DNA from: a virus
Lineage: Duplodnaviria > Caudoviricetes
Length of the DNA stretch: 35,645 nucleotides
Direction: 5' to 3' (one strand)
IMG/VR virus record: IMGVR_UViG_3300034894_000009
Span: 1-35,645 of that record
Below are positions 1-8,873 of the stretch, piece after piece. Below the pieces are notes generated by a model. It had not been told where the DNA came from. It worked only from the letters and a program-made list of their open reading frames with translations, and ran no database searches. Position 1 is the stretch's first letter. Each line of letters begins with the position of its first letter. The translations under genes and the position numbers were made by a program.

Positions 1-567
1 CGTCTCTACAGATCCAGCCAGCAGCCGGTAAAACGAGTCTGGCAATGCTCGCCATACTAAACCATCCCTTACCTCGATCGAGGCTCCAGAGTACTCTGGC
101 ATGGGTATCATCCATCCATATGAGCGGTACTCCGGCTGGTCGAACGTGCTCTCGATTGTTTTATCCGATGTACCATGGATGTGTACTCCGACCGGGGCGG
201 TGATACCTGAGCACCCGAAAAACAGTATGTATAATAATATGATTAAAATCAACGAATTAATAATAGTATGTGAATCTATTTTTCTTTTTTTTGGAGTAAA
301 TAATGAATGCAACTCATTATTTAATTTGATGGCGCTTAAAACCAACACTGGTCTTAATCGGTCAATTTTGTATTGTTTTTTATCCTCAACTCTAATCATG
401 CGATATACCACTCCGCAGTTAATTGTTTCTGCATATTTGTTAGCGGAGTTATTAAGAATAAAGTTCATTCCAAGAACTTCGCAGTCGTACCTATATTTTG
501 TAATTATATTCCACTTAGATTCATTCTCGCGCCTGCGAATCATTATTCTGTTGTTATCGTTTATCAT
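1..567 (-). CDS. Hypothetical membrane-anchored protein, 3' end truncated by the window edge
   Basis: Manual translation, absent from the ORF track because it has no stop. ATG at 567 after an AAGGGA SD, open to base 1 (MINDNNRIMIRRRENESKW...SLILIILLYILFFGCSGITAPVG...LAGSVET). One hydrophobic segment. Confidence 0.65.
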   Translation of the reverse strand, partial: MINDNNRIMIRRRENESKWNIITKYRYDCEVLGMNFILNNSANKYAETINCGVVYRMIRVEDKKQYKIDRLRPVLVLSAIKLNNELHSLFTPKKRKIDSHTIINSLILIILLYILFFGCSGITAPVGVHIHGTSDKTIESTFDQPEYRSYGWMIPMPEYSGASIEVRDGLVWRALPDSFYRLLAGSVET

Positions 568-582
568 ATATAAATATTCCCT

Positions 583-1026
583 TCAACTTTTTACTCTCAT
601 TTCATTGTATTTACACACAAAAGATGGATAATCGTAATACTGACACTGTGTGCCCATAGAACAATTTCCACATATTTCTATTACAGCCATTGCAGTATCT
701 ACTTGACGGCGCTGAAACCTGCGTACACCAATAATTTTACCATCTTTGTCGCGAACTACAGAATCAGGCCCAGTGTCTGGACATACCAGGTCGGATCGGT
801 CTGATGCCTGAAGAACGGGGAGGGACACAATATAGATAACACCATCACATTGTTCCGGAAGATTAATAATTGTATCGTACCGCTTCGCGACGGTCGGAAT
901 ACCGTTGATAGCTTCGGATTCGATGCATACCTCAGATGCCCGTGCTACACCTATAGACGGTAAAACAAACATACTACCTTCATAGTATATTGTAACTTCA
1001 TGCGGAGTAAAATTTTTAAGTTTCAT
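583..1026 (-). CDS. Conserved phage hypothetical protein (NxTPH...YIVS...RxDL..P...VRD..G.IIG family)
   Basis: Start moved to MKLKNFTPHEV (ATG 1026, AAAGG upstream). The motif pattern is one I recognise from small phage proteins of unknown function. Confidence 0.75.
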   Translation of the reverse strand: MKLKNFTPHEVTIYYEGSMFVLPSIGVARASEVCIESEAINGIPTVAKRYDTIINLPEQCDGVIYIVSLPVLQASDRSDLVCPDTGPDSVVRDKDGKIIGVRRFQRRQVDTAMAVIEICGNCSMGTQCQYYDYPSFVCKYNEMRVKS

Positions 1027-1080
1027 AATGCAAAAACCTTTCGTTAGTTTTAAATTATAAATCATCTGCACCGTATCAAT

Positions 1081-1109
1081 AATATACAAAATATTTTAAT
1101 GTTATGCAA
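1081..1109 (-). promoter_or_regulatory. Leftward sigma70-like promoter
   Basis: - strand TTGCAT-N17-TATATT in an AT-rich intergenic region. Confidence 0.55.
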
Positions 1110-1157
1110 GATATTTTTAACAATATTAAAAAATATTTTAATAAGATTAAAAAAAGA

Positions 1158-1186
1158 TTGAATGTTATACAAATTTATTGTATATT
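1158..1186 (+). promoter_or_regulatory. Rightward sigma70-like promoter overlapped by a 7-5-7 palindrome (candidate operator)
   Basis: TTGAAT-N17-TATATT; TATACAA-ATTTA-TTGTATA at 1166-1184. Confidence 0.55.
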
Positions 1187-1213
1187 ATAGGAGTATTAAA
1201 CAAAGGAGTTTTT

Positions 1214-1438
1214 ATGGTAGCAACTGATTTAAAATCGATGGTGATGGTAGGAAAAATTACTGTCAACAAAAAGAAAGTTCGAGTTCCGGCGATCGATATA
1301 CCGGAACAAAAAATGAACCAGTTGCGTAAAATCGCTGCTCTTACTGACGACACAGCCAACAAAATGTCGGTGAGCGAAGTGGTCGAATACGCTATTGACA
1401 AGATGATAAATCTTTATAAAGGGCAGGGGTGGATATGA
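1214..1438 (+). CDS. Ribbon-helix-helix (Arc/CopG-like) DNA-binding protein
   Basis: AAGGAG SD before ATG 1214. Strand-like VRVPAIDI, helix PEQKMNQLRKIA, then MSVSEVVEYAIDKMI, matching the RHH pattern. Confidence 0.6.
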   Translation: MVATDLKSMVMVGKITVNKKKVRVPAIDIPEQKMNQLRKIAALTDDTANKMSVSEVVEYAIDKMINLYKGQGWI

Positions 1439-1650
1439 TGACAATAAAAATAATTCTGGTGTTGGTGTATTTTTTAGCACTTGCAATATGCTTTATCAAG
1501 GGAGCATTTTTTACAAGGATGTTTAAAATCATAATAGAAAACAACGTTCGCAAGCTGGTAGAAAAACCGTCATTTGAAATCGATGGAAGCGTACCAGCGA
1601 TGTTCATCTGTTTTGGAATAGTTATTTTAAGTATCTGCCTGGCGTTTTAA
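1435..1650 (+). CDS. Small two-TM membrane protein
   Basis: ATGA overlap with the upstream stop; two hydrophobic stretches. Confidence 0.6.
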   Translation: MMTIKIILVLVYFLALAICFIKGAFFTRMFKIIIENNVRKLVEKPSFEIDGSVPAMFICFGIVILSICLAF

Positions 1651-1651
1651 T

Positions 1652-2038
1652 ATGAAAACACCAGAGGAAATACTAAAAGAAACTATTCCAAGGGCAATGC
1701 ACCTGATCGATCAATTGAAAGATAGCGGGATGGTTGAACGGTATTGTGATTTCGATGGTCATGAGGTTGTGTTGCCTGAAATAAGGGCAAAAATAGCTGT
1801 TTATTATCCAGAACTATTTGACGATAATAAAAAAGGTGAACTTGACAAGGTGATTTTAAAGTACATCGGTGTTAGGAAAATAGAGCCTATAAATGGAACA
1901 TCAAAATATCAAGACGAAAGAAATAAAAGGATTGTAAGAGAAGCTAAAGAAGCCTCAAAAAAGTCAAGAAGGTTAAAAATGTCAGATCCTGGCTCGATAA
2001 AAAGAACCGGTTTTTCTTCGAAGGCACATATCGAATGA
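1652..2038 (+). CDS. Hypothetical protein
   Basis: 128-aa ORF tightly packed in the operon; basic C-terminus. Confidence 0.65.
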   Translation: MKTPEEILKETIPRAMHLIDQLKDSGMVERYCDFDGHEVVLPEIRAKIAVYYPELFDDNKKGELDKVILKYIGVRKIEPINGTSKYQDERNKRIVREAKEASKKSRRLKMSDPGSIKRTGFSSKAHIE

Positions 2039-2208
2039 GAACTCCGGCTCAAGACAGAGCAAATCTAAAATATCGGGAGAAAAACCGGGAAAAGATTGCT
2101 GAAAAACAAAGAAAAAGATACTATAAAAACGTTAAATATCAACTCGATCGACAGAAAAAGTATCGTAAAGAAATAAGTGATTATTATAAAGAAAGGGAGC
2201 CTGAATAA
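2035..2208 (+). CDS. Small basic helical protein (57 aa)
   Basis: Manual translation MRTPAQDRANLKYREKNREKIAEKQRKRYYKNVKYQLDRQKKYRKEISDYYKEREPE. ATGA overlap upstream, ends 1 nt before the next ATG. Confidence 0.6.
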   Translation: MRTPAQDRANLKYREKNREKIAEKQRKRYYKNVKYQLDRQKKYRKEISDYYKEREPE

Positions 2209-2209
2209 T

Positions 2210-2371
2210 ATGGAACATATATTCAATGTACTAACGGTAATTGTTTATATGGCAAAATTTGTTATGGTAATATTTGTTGTTCTGGCTCTCGATAAATTGA
2301 TATGGTTTATCAAGATGGAGTGCGAGAGAAGAGCTTGGAGGAATAACAGTACCAACGTAAGGCGTGATTGA
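2210..2371 (+). CDS. Small membrane protein
   Basis: AAGGGAG SD, start MEHIFNV, hydrophobic segment followed by a basic tail. Confidence 0.55.
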   Translation: MEHIFNVLTVIVYMAKFVMVIFVVLALDKLIWFIKMECERRAWRNNSTNVRRD

Positions 2372-2393
2372 CACGCCTTTTTAGTACCAACGA

Positions 2394-2639
2394 TCACAGT
2401 TTGTTTTTATCCAGAATTCCGTAATCCTCGATGTAGTAACCCGACTCGTCTTTGTCAAAACGAATCGACATTTTTAAAATCCTTTTAGCGGTTTTTAAGT
2501 GCCGGAATAGTCCAGCTTGTGAAACAAGATTTATCCACATTAATCTTTCTACTCCGGGAAATTTCCCGTTGTGAATATTACTGACAATATCGAGAGTTTT
2601 CTCGATACCTCCTTTTTCAGATATTCTTGTTGGCATCAT
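2394..2639 (-). CDS. Hypothetical protein
   Basis: AAGGAG SD; last gene of a leftward four-gene unit. Confidence 0.6.
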   Translation of the reverse strand: MMPTRISEKGGIEKTLDIVSNIHNGKFPGVERLMWINLVSQAGLFRHLKTAKRILKMSIRFDKDESGYYIEDYGILDKNKL

Positions 2640-2648
2640 TTCTCCTTT

Positions 2649-2807
2649 TTAAACGCATTTATTTTGTTGATGGTAATAAACTTCTTCCGATGATTCAAAT
2701 TTTTCCCCGCAAAAACCGCAAATATAGGGCTTTTTTACGGCGATTAACGATAGTACCAATAGTGCTGTTATACTAACGGCACCGATGACTATTATTGCTA
2801 TCAACAT
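2649..2807 (-). CDS. 52-aa membrane-anchored C2H2/C2HC-like zinc-finger peptide
   Basis: Manual translation MLIAIIVIGAVSITALLVLSLIAVKKPYICGFCGEKFESSEEVYYHQQNKCV; CAGGGAGG SD. Confidence 0.65.
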   Translation of the reverse strand: MLIAIIVIGAVSITALLVLSLIAVKKPYICGFCGEKFESSEEVYYHQQNKCV

Positions 2808-2968
2808 ATTTCCTCCCTGTTATATTCATCTTCGGATATTTCATCATCTTCCCAGAAATTTAAATCATTAATAAGCTCCTGTAGCCCTGATACGGGGAGA
2901 GGTCGCGCATCAAGGGCATCTAACCGATCTGATAGCATATAGGTGTTGGTTTTTGTTGCTGTTGTCAT
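2801..2968 (-). CDS. 55-aa acidic hypothetical protein
   Basis: Manual translation MTTATKTNTYMLSDRLDALDARPLPVSGLQELINDLNFWEDDEISEDEYNREEIC; CAGGGAG SD. Confidence 0.55.
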   Translation of the reverse strand: MTTATKTNTYMLSDRLDALDARPLPVSGLQELINDLNFWEDDEISEDEYNREEIC

Positions 2969-2994
2969 TTTCTACTCCCTGGTTAGTGTGATTG

Positions 2995-3318
2995 TTATCT
3001 CAATTCGGACTCAATTATTTGTTCTGCCGCCGCCGCCGACATATTAAACCGTGTTACAATACCAAAACTATGGACACTTCTCCTGCTCCATCCTATTTTT
3101 CGTTCATTATGCTGTTTTCTGGCATCGTTGCAAGAAGGACATGCGCACCCATTGATGCAGTTAGGCCATCGGTAATGAGACCTATCGAGCGTGTGCATGT
3201 ATTGTACATGTTTGTCCATGCTGATCGACTCGTTTTTGCTCAGTTTAACATGAGCGTAAACACCGTCAAAAGTGTAGTTGATTTCGATTCCATTGATTTT
3301 GATTTTGTTGTCAAACAT
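2995..3318 (-). CDS. Hypothetical protein with a CxCxxC motif
   Basis: CAGGGAG SD, shared with the next two genes downstream; NGCACPSCNDA motif. Confidence 0.65.
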   Translation of the reverse strand: MFDNKIKINGIEINYTFDGVYAHVKLSKNESISMDKHVQYMHTLDRSHYRWPNCINGCACPSCNDARKQHNERKIGWSRRSVHSFGIVTRFNMSAAAAEQIIESELR

Positions 3319-3364
3319 TTGTGACTCCCTGTTTTTGTGTTGAGTAACTATCTATACTACTAAT

Positions 3365-3393
3365 ATACTATCATAATTTGATAGTGAGTGCAA
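3365..3393 (-). promoter_or_regulatory. Leftward promoter with a 7-5-7 palindrome
   Basis: - strand TTGCAC-N17-TAGTAT; ACTATCA-TAATT-TGATAGT at 3367-3385. Confidence 0.45.
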
Positions 3394-3454
3394 CTAAATA
3401 TGGGATTTTGATAAATAGCGTACACAGGTTGTGTACACGTTTGTTTATCTGGTA

Positions 3455-3483
3455 TTGATATTGTTACTACCACAATGTATAAT
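3455..3483 (+). promoter_or_regulatory. Near-consensus sigma70 promoter facing the late operon
   Basis: TTGATA-N17-TATAAT. Confidence 0.65.
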
Positions 3484-3734
3484 TATACTGTCGTGCAGCG
3501 GACATTAAACGCTACCGGGTAGTTTGGGGATCTAAACCCGGCTTCGGGAAACTCGCTAAAGATGGTTGTTTCCATAACTCTCTAAAAAATATGGGGGTTA
3601 GGGGGGATTTTGCTCTTCAAAAAATCTGCTAATCTGGTTATTGATTAAAAAAAATATACTTTGGTCTCAAAATCGATTATATTTAAATACATACTGTATC
3701 GAAACTATAACTCATTTCAATAAAGGAATTTATC

Positions 3735-3776
3735 ATGGGATGCAAAAAAGGCACAAAAAAAGGTCGCGGGAAATAA
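3735..3776 (+). CDS. 13-aa basic micropeptide upstream of terS
   Basis: AAAGGA SD; MGCKKGTKKGRGK*; stop 1 nt before the terS ATG. Confidence 0.5.
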   Translation: MGCKKGTKKGRGK

Positions 3777-3777
3777 A

Positions 3778-4224
3778 ATGGCAATGACTCCTGAGCTATT
3801 CGAGGAAATTTGCACGATTATTGAATCGTCAAGCATCGGCATTCCTCATATATGTAAACAGGTAGGAATTGGCAGTGATACATTTTACAAATACATGAGA
3901 GAAACTCTTGACGCACCAAAAAGATACGCGCGCGCAAAAGAAATACAATGTGAATATATCGCCGACGAAATGCTTGAAATAGCAGACGATGCAACAAATG
4001 ATTTTATGACTGTTGTAAAAGGTGATGAATCATACGAACGCGAAAACAAAGAATTTGTAAACAGGTCAAGGGTTCGTATTGACACAAGAAAATGGTTGCT
4101 GTCAAAGCTTGTTCCAAAAAAATATGGTGACAGGGTCGATCTGACATCACTCGGAGAAAAACTACTGCAACCACCTGGTGAGTTAATGGTTCGAGTTGTT
4201 GAAACTGTTCGAAAGGAAAGATGA
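3778..4224 (+). CDS. terS: Terminase small subunit (Sf6 gp1-like)
   Basis: N-terminal HTH; YARAKEIQ..IADEMLEIAD; RSRVRIDTRKWLLSKLVPKKYGDR signature; position before terL. Confidence 0.9.
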   Translation: MAMTPELFEEICTIIESSSIGIPHICKQVGIGSDTFYKYMRETLDAPKRYARAKEIQCEYIADEMLEIADDATNDFMTVVKGDESYERENKEFVNRSRVRIDTRKWLLSKLVPKKYGDRVDLTSLGEKLLQPPGELMVRVVETVRKER

Positions 4225-4811
4225 TGAAATTTTTATTTGCAATTATGACACTTGCAACGTTCTGTTTGGCTGGAACTGGTATAACAAACTGGACTGGATT
4301 ACTGGACTCAAACACGATCAACACGTTTCGAGCTGATTCATTCAAGTTAACAAAAGCGTTCAACTATGGGGACTATGAAAACAAATTAGCGTTGTTTGTG
4401 TTTGATGACAGTTTGCATTCTGGAAGGGCAAGTGATTCCGTAGCGTGTGAAATTGGTTATCAGCTTGGATGCCCTATATTCTCTACCGCTGGTGCGTATG
4501 ATACCACATGGACAAATTATCAGCCACTTGACACAATAAATACAACAACTGGTACTACTCGATACGATCCAAGCAAATATGCAGGTAGCGGATGGCCACT
4601 TGATCCATCGACAGGATACAACGTACGCCCTGTAGGATCAATGGACACTACAGTTGGCACTGCGAGCGGATGCGTATGGTTGCCCCAGTTCCCGGTATAC
4701 GCTCCTCTGGTCAGATTTTATGTTAAGGGTAGAACTGGAAACTGTAACACATTTATCAGATGCAAATTTCACATAATTCAACGTCAATGGTCTGGGGTGA
4801 GGCAAAAGTAA
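4221..4811 (+). CDS. Secreted-type beta-rich protein inserted between terS and terL
   Basis: Signal peptide-like MMKFLFAIMTLATFCLA; overlaps both neighbours (ATGA and TAATG). Confidence 0.75.
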   Translation: MMKFLFAIMTLATFCLAGTGITNWTGLLDSNTINTFRADSFKLTKAFNYGDYENKLALFVFDDSLHSGRASDSVACEIGYQLGCPIFSTAGAYDTTWTNYQPLDTINTTTGTTRYDPSKYAGSGWPLDPSTGYNVRPVGSMDTTVGTASGCVWLPQFPVYAPLVRFYVKGRTGNCNTFIRCKFHIIQRQWSGVRQK

Positions 4812-6283
4812 TGCCTATAGTAAACGGACAATTCACAGCTCTTGAACTGCCTGATAAGCATTATCGGGTGATATTCGATCAGTCTAAGGACTGGAGAATA
4901 CGCGCACTGTGGGGAGGTCGTAACGGGGCTAAAGACTGGAGTTTCGATCAGGCCGCTGTTGAGATTGCTGTTCATCGTAAGACAGAGTTTTTGTTTACAA
5001 GAGAGGTACAAAAAACCCTCGCGTCCAGTGCTAAAAAACTCATCAGCGATCAGATCGACCGGCTAGGATACCGAGATTATTTTAAAATCACTGAGAATCG
5101 CATCACCGGTGTGAATGGCTCTATATTCATGTTCACCGGTTTGAATGACCTGAATGTAGGTGATCTAAAATCAACTGAAGGTGTTGACATAGCAGTAATT
5201 GGAGAAGCTGAAAACCTTACAAAAGATTCATGGCTTAAATTCAACCAGACGATTCGAAAGCCGGGAAGCGAAATATGGATTGCATTCAATCCCGCAAACG
5301 AAGACGATTTTGTTTATCAACTATGTGTAGTTGATCCACCCGACGATCTAATAGGTTGCGAGGTCAACGGGTATGCGCTCGATCGTGATGGTAAGACTGT
5401 TATTCCGGCAGACAACCCATACGTAACAGATACTATGCTGCGTCAAGCTCAGTTTGAGTTCAACACCGATCGGGATTCGTTCAAAAACCACTGCCTCGGT
5501 ATTCCAATGGGCGGAGGGGGAAGAGTATACGGTATTTACAGCCAAGACGCTCACCTTATCAATTTTGAACGTAGTTACTTGGCGCAATGTGATCTTTACA
5601 TGAGCATAGATCCGCACCGTAAATACTACCCGGCCATTACCTGGAATGCCATCACACCTACCGGATGTGTGATCACGTACAACGAATGGCCGAAGCGGAA
5701 AGATTTTCTCGATGATTCGAGCGATGAAAATAGTCGTGGATTATGGTACGACGAAGCGAGAGAAACACGGGTATTTGATATGTCAATGAAGGAACTCGCA
5801 TCAATTATATTGTCAAATGATTTGACGTTACAGTATGGTGGAAGGATGGTTTACCGCACCGGTGATCCAAGATTTTTCGCAGAGAATCCTGATTTTACCA
5901 GGGAACTCATTAGGTACGGCGTGCATGGATGGACTGAAGCACCGTTTGAGCTGATCGAGACACAACGAAATAACCTGCGAGATCTGTTGATGTATCGCAA
6001 AGATTTGCCGGCGGTTGGAGTAAACTCCCCTGCATGGTATGTTGCGAGAGAGTGCGAGAATGTAGATCGTGCATTGCGCCGGCATTATTTCTCAAAAGAC
6101 AAGGACAAGGAAACTGAAGATTTCAAAGACTTTATCGATTCGCTACGGTACTTTCTGTCGACGCATAACGGTCGACCGAGATATATAGAGCGTAAAAACT
6201 CATCCAGCAATGATGCTGGGCATGTGACCATGGCACAGGTAATAATGGGTAGATCCGGCGTTGCCATGGCTGAGAGAGATTAA
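4811..6283 (+). CDS. terL: Terminase large subunit (PBSX/XtmB-like)
   Basis: Start MPIVNG at 4811. Walker A-like GGRNGAK, REVQKTLASS, Walker B-like IAVIGEAE, TIRKPGSEIWIAFNP; nuclease motifs SIDP and DFIDSLRY. Confidence 0.9.
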   Translation: MPIVNGQFTALELPDKHYRVIFDQSKDWRIRALWGGRNGAKDWSFDQAAVEIAVHRKTEFLFTREVQKTLASSAKKLISDQIDRLGYRDYFKITENRITGVNGSIFMFTGLNDLNVGDLKSTEGVDIAVIGEAENLTKDSWLKFNQTIRKPGSEIWIAFNPANEDDFVYQLCVVDPPDDLIGCEVNGYALDRDGKTVIPADNPYVTDTMLRQAQFEFNTDRDSFKNHCLGIPMGGGGRVYGIYSQDAHLINFERSYLAQCDLYMSIDPHRKYYPAITWNAITPTGCVITYNEWPKRKDFLDDSSDENSRGLWYDEARETRVFDMSMKELASIILSNDLTLQYGGRMVYRTGDPRFFAENPDFTRELIRYGVHGWTEAPFELIETQRNNLRDLLMYRKDLPAVGVNSPAWYVARECENVDRALRRHYFSKDKDKETEDFKDFIDSLRYFLSTHNGRPRYIERKNSSSNDAGHVTMAQVIMGRSGVAMAERD

Positions 6284-6401
6284 TTGTGCATTGTACGATG
6301 GATTTGATTATATTTGTATAGAGTGTCTTTATTAACGCGTAGCACATGGCTCCATATCCCTGCAAGCAAGACCTGCAGGGGCGGAGCATTTAGGATGGTG
6401 T

Positions 6402-6746
6402 ATGGTACTCGACATAAGCGGCAGACCTTACAGAAACCATGGCAGGATAGACGGTTTCCAGCTCCCCGACGGTGCGATAGTATCCGCTCGAATTACTCTC
6501 GATATCCACAACAGAATCAAAAATAATTCAGTTTTACGCGAAAAACTCGAACAGGCTCAGCGGTTTACAGGTCGTAAGTTGATACATCTGGATTTACTGC
6601 GAGCTGGCGAGCGTGGAGAGATCAGTAACGAAAAGATCGATTACATGATTCGGGATCAGGGTGTGGCCGAAGACATCATGCACGAACGTATTGACAAAGA
6701 GTATCTTGCAACAAGCGGAAAGGCATATGAATCCTCAACAATCTAA
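6402..6746 (+). CDS. Hypothetical protein
   Basis: 114-aa ORF between terL and the portal gene, overlapping the portal start. Confidence 0.6.
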   Translation: MVLDISGRPYRNHGRIDGFQLPDGAIVSARITLDIHNRIKNNSVLREKLEQAQRFTGRKLIHLDLLRAGERGEISNEKIDYMIRDQGVAEDIMHERIDKEYLATSGKAYESSTI

Positions 6747-8508
6747 CCACTACATCCAGACTGACGAAGGTGTTGACAGGGGTCGTGCTCTGTACAATAA
6801 GTTCCCTCGTGCAATAACCCAGATGGTTTTGTCTCGGAAGAAGCAGTGGTTTAATTCTGATACGTATACCAAGTTTCGTCGGTTGTGTGAATCGATGGAC
6901 AAATACATTGATGGCACCCAGGGGAAGCCCGGAACGTTTATCAGTGATGTAAATCCGCAGACTATCAATAAGGCATACGAGGAGTTTGTTTCGCTGTTTG
7001 AAAAGTTCTTTGAAACAGATCCGTTGTTTTCGGTAAGAAAGCAAGAAGGAATTACTGTTGAGCAGGAACGAATTATAACTGATCTGATAAACAAAAACCT
7101 TGAAAAAACTTATTATCGAGAAAGTTGTTTTCAGTATACTATTGACTGCATTGTTCGATACGGGACTGCCGGTACGTACACATTTGCTGTTGATGATTAC
7201 AATTCAAACTCTCTCATGACTGTGCGTGATGAAAACGCATACGACGACACCACATACAAGCAGATCGTTCAGCCTGGAAGCCCAGCAGTTATTTCTTCCC
7301 CTATACATCCATTAAATATCATAATTGACCCCATGGCAAACTTCATGGTTCAACCTGATTTTAAAGGATTGGTTTCTGATATTTGCGTGGCAAACATAAT
7401 GATGCTCGCAGAAAATCCTGCATACATTCCAGAGTCGTTGAAAATAGTAATTGATAGATGCAAAGATGGGATGCTCGATGAAAATTGGTTTAACGGAAAC
7501 GAAACATCGAAGCGGGATTACACCAAAGGCCATGCGAGCAACACATACATGTGGTTGCGGTTGCCATTTGAGGGCAATGAGGCAGACCAGACATGGTATT
7601 ACGTCGAGGAGATAGCCGGTGAAATAATAAGGATTGAACGTAATAACCTGGACGGCAATGTCATTCCACTGGCAATACAGAGAGTCCGCCCACGACTGTT
7701 TTCAATGTTCGGAAACTCTGTTCTTCAGCAAAAGATTCCGATACAAAACCTTCAGCACTTCTTGATAAATGCAAATATTGAGCTTACAGCAAAGGGACTT
7801 GACAGAGTTATTCTGTACAAGAAAGGTGAACTTTCTTTAAGCGCTCTTAATTCGAGGCACACCACAAATGGAATGGTGCCATACGAAGGTCAGATATCTG
7901 ATTTAAGTTCACTGATGTTCTCGCCTCAGTTTCCGAACAATGCATACAGGGAAAGCAACGATCTTTGGAATTTGTCAAGAAGAGAAGATCAAGACTCTTC
8001 TGCAATGCCGAACTTTAATCCGCAATCTGAGGGTGGCCCGACAAATAAAACGCTTGGCGGTGCTCAGATGATGGCAAGTATTGGCGAAATGAAAGCATCA
8101 TCTCATATTACAAAGTTTTGCAACGGGCTTAAAGATGTTCCTAAACACCAGCTTTCTATAATGATAAACATATTGCCGGATAACGATCCGGTAAAGCAGT
8201 TTATTTCAAGTAATATGTCATTTTCTGTAAAGACAAGCAATGTGTTCAATTATATTCGGGAAGGAATTGATGCTCAGAATAGATTAACACAAATGATTCA
8301 GTATATGGCAACAGGTCGGCAGGAGTTCGGAGCTGTTAAATTGCCACAGTATATCCGGGATTACATCAGGAATACCGTAAAAAGAGAGAATATTGAAGAT
8401 TATTATGACGAGCAAATGATAGAACAGCAACCTGGAATGATGCAGCAACAGGATGCTACAGGGCAACCACAAATGCCACCACAAGGGGCACAGGGAGGCA
8501 TGGTATGA
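6727..8508 (+). CDS. Portal protein (podovirus type)
   Basis: About 593 aa from MNPQQS, directly after terL. VRYGTAG, IHPLNIIIDP and FGNSV..IPIQ motifs; Q/P/G/M-rich C-terminal tail. Confidence 0.8.
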   Translation: MNPQQSNHYIQTDEGVDRGRALYNKFPRAITQMVLSRKKQWFNSDTYTKFRRLCESMDKYIDGTQGKPGTFISDVNPQTINKAYEEFVSLFEKFFETDPLFSVRKQEGITVEQERIITDLINKNLEKTYYRESCFQYTIDCIVRYGTAGTYTFAVDDYNSNSLMTVRDENAYDDTTYKQIVQPGSPAVISSPIHPLNIIIDPMANFMVQPDFKGLVSDICVANIMMLAENPAYIPESLKIVIDRCKDGMLDENWFNGNETSKRDYTKGHASNTYMWLRLPFEGNEADQTWYYVEEIAGEIIRIERNNLDGNVIPLAIQRVRPRLFSMFGNSVLQQKIPIQNLQHFLINANIELTAKGLDRVILYKKGELSLSALNSRHTTNGMVPYEGQISDLSSLMFSPQFPNNAYRESNDLWNLSRREDQDSSAMPNFNPQSEGGPTNKTLGGAQMMASIGEMKASSHITKFCNGLKDVPKHQLSIMINILPDNDPVKQFISSNMSFSVKTSNVFNYIREGIDAQNRLTQMIQYMATGRQEFGAVKLPQYIRDYIRNTVKRENIEDYYDEQMIEQQPGMMQQQDATGQPQMPPQGAQGGMV

Positions 8509-8873
8509 TCCAATGGATTAAAAATATGTTTCATAAAAGAGCAACCATAAAGGATCTTAAATTATTGTATGATAAGTACAATAAAGCCATTTCGAGCGTT
8601 GAAGAAAGAGTAAAAAGCGAAAGAAATTTTATCTATGTCGATATGCCAAGGCCTGAAGAGATTCCTGAATACCATAGGGCTATAGCTGAAATTATAGAAA
8701 ATAAATTCTATTCGTTCTGGCTATCGTCTTTACAGTATGATATTATAAGAAGGTTTCAGAATTCTTCCTCTGTATCTCCAGAGTTTTACCGTGGGCAATT
8801 AGCATTGATTTCAGATATTTATACCGATTCAAAACGGGCAAAAGAAGAATTAGAGGCAAAAGATGAGGCATAA
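8505..8873 (+). CDS. Hypothetical protein (post-portal helical protein)
   Basis: ATGA overlap, GGAGG SD, FYRGQ motif. Confidence 0.7.
   Translation: MIQWIKNMFHKRATIKDLKLLYDKYNKAISSVEERVKSERNFIYVDMPRPEEIPEYHRAIAEIIENKFYSFWLSSLQYDIIRRFQNSSSVSPEFYRGQLALISDIYTDSKRAKEELEAKDEA

Noticed and set aside
101-631. 176-aa + strand ORF
   Set aside because: Antisense shadow of the - strand gene at 1-567, which has an SD and fits the leftward operon.
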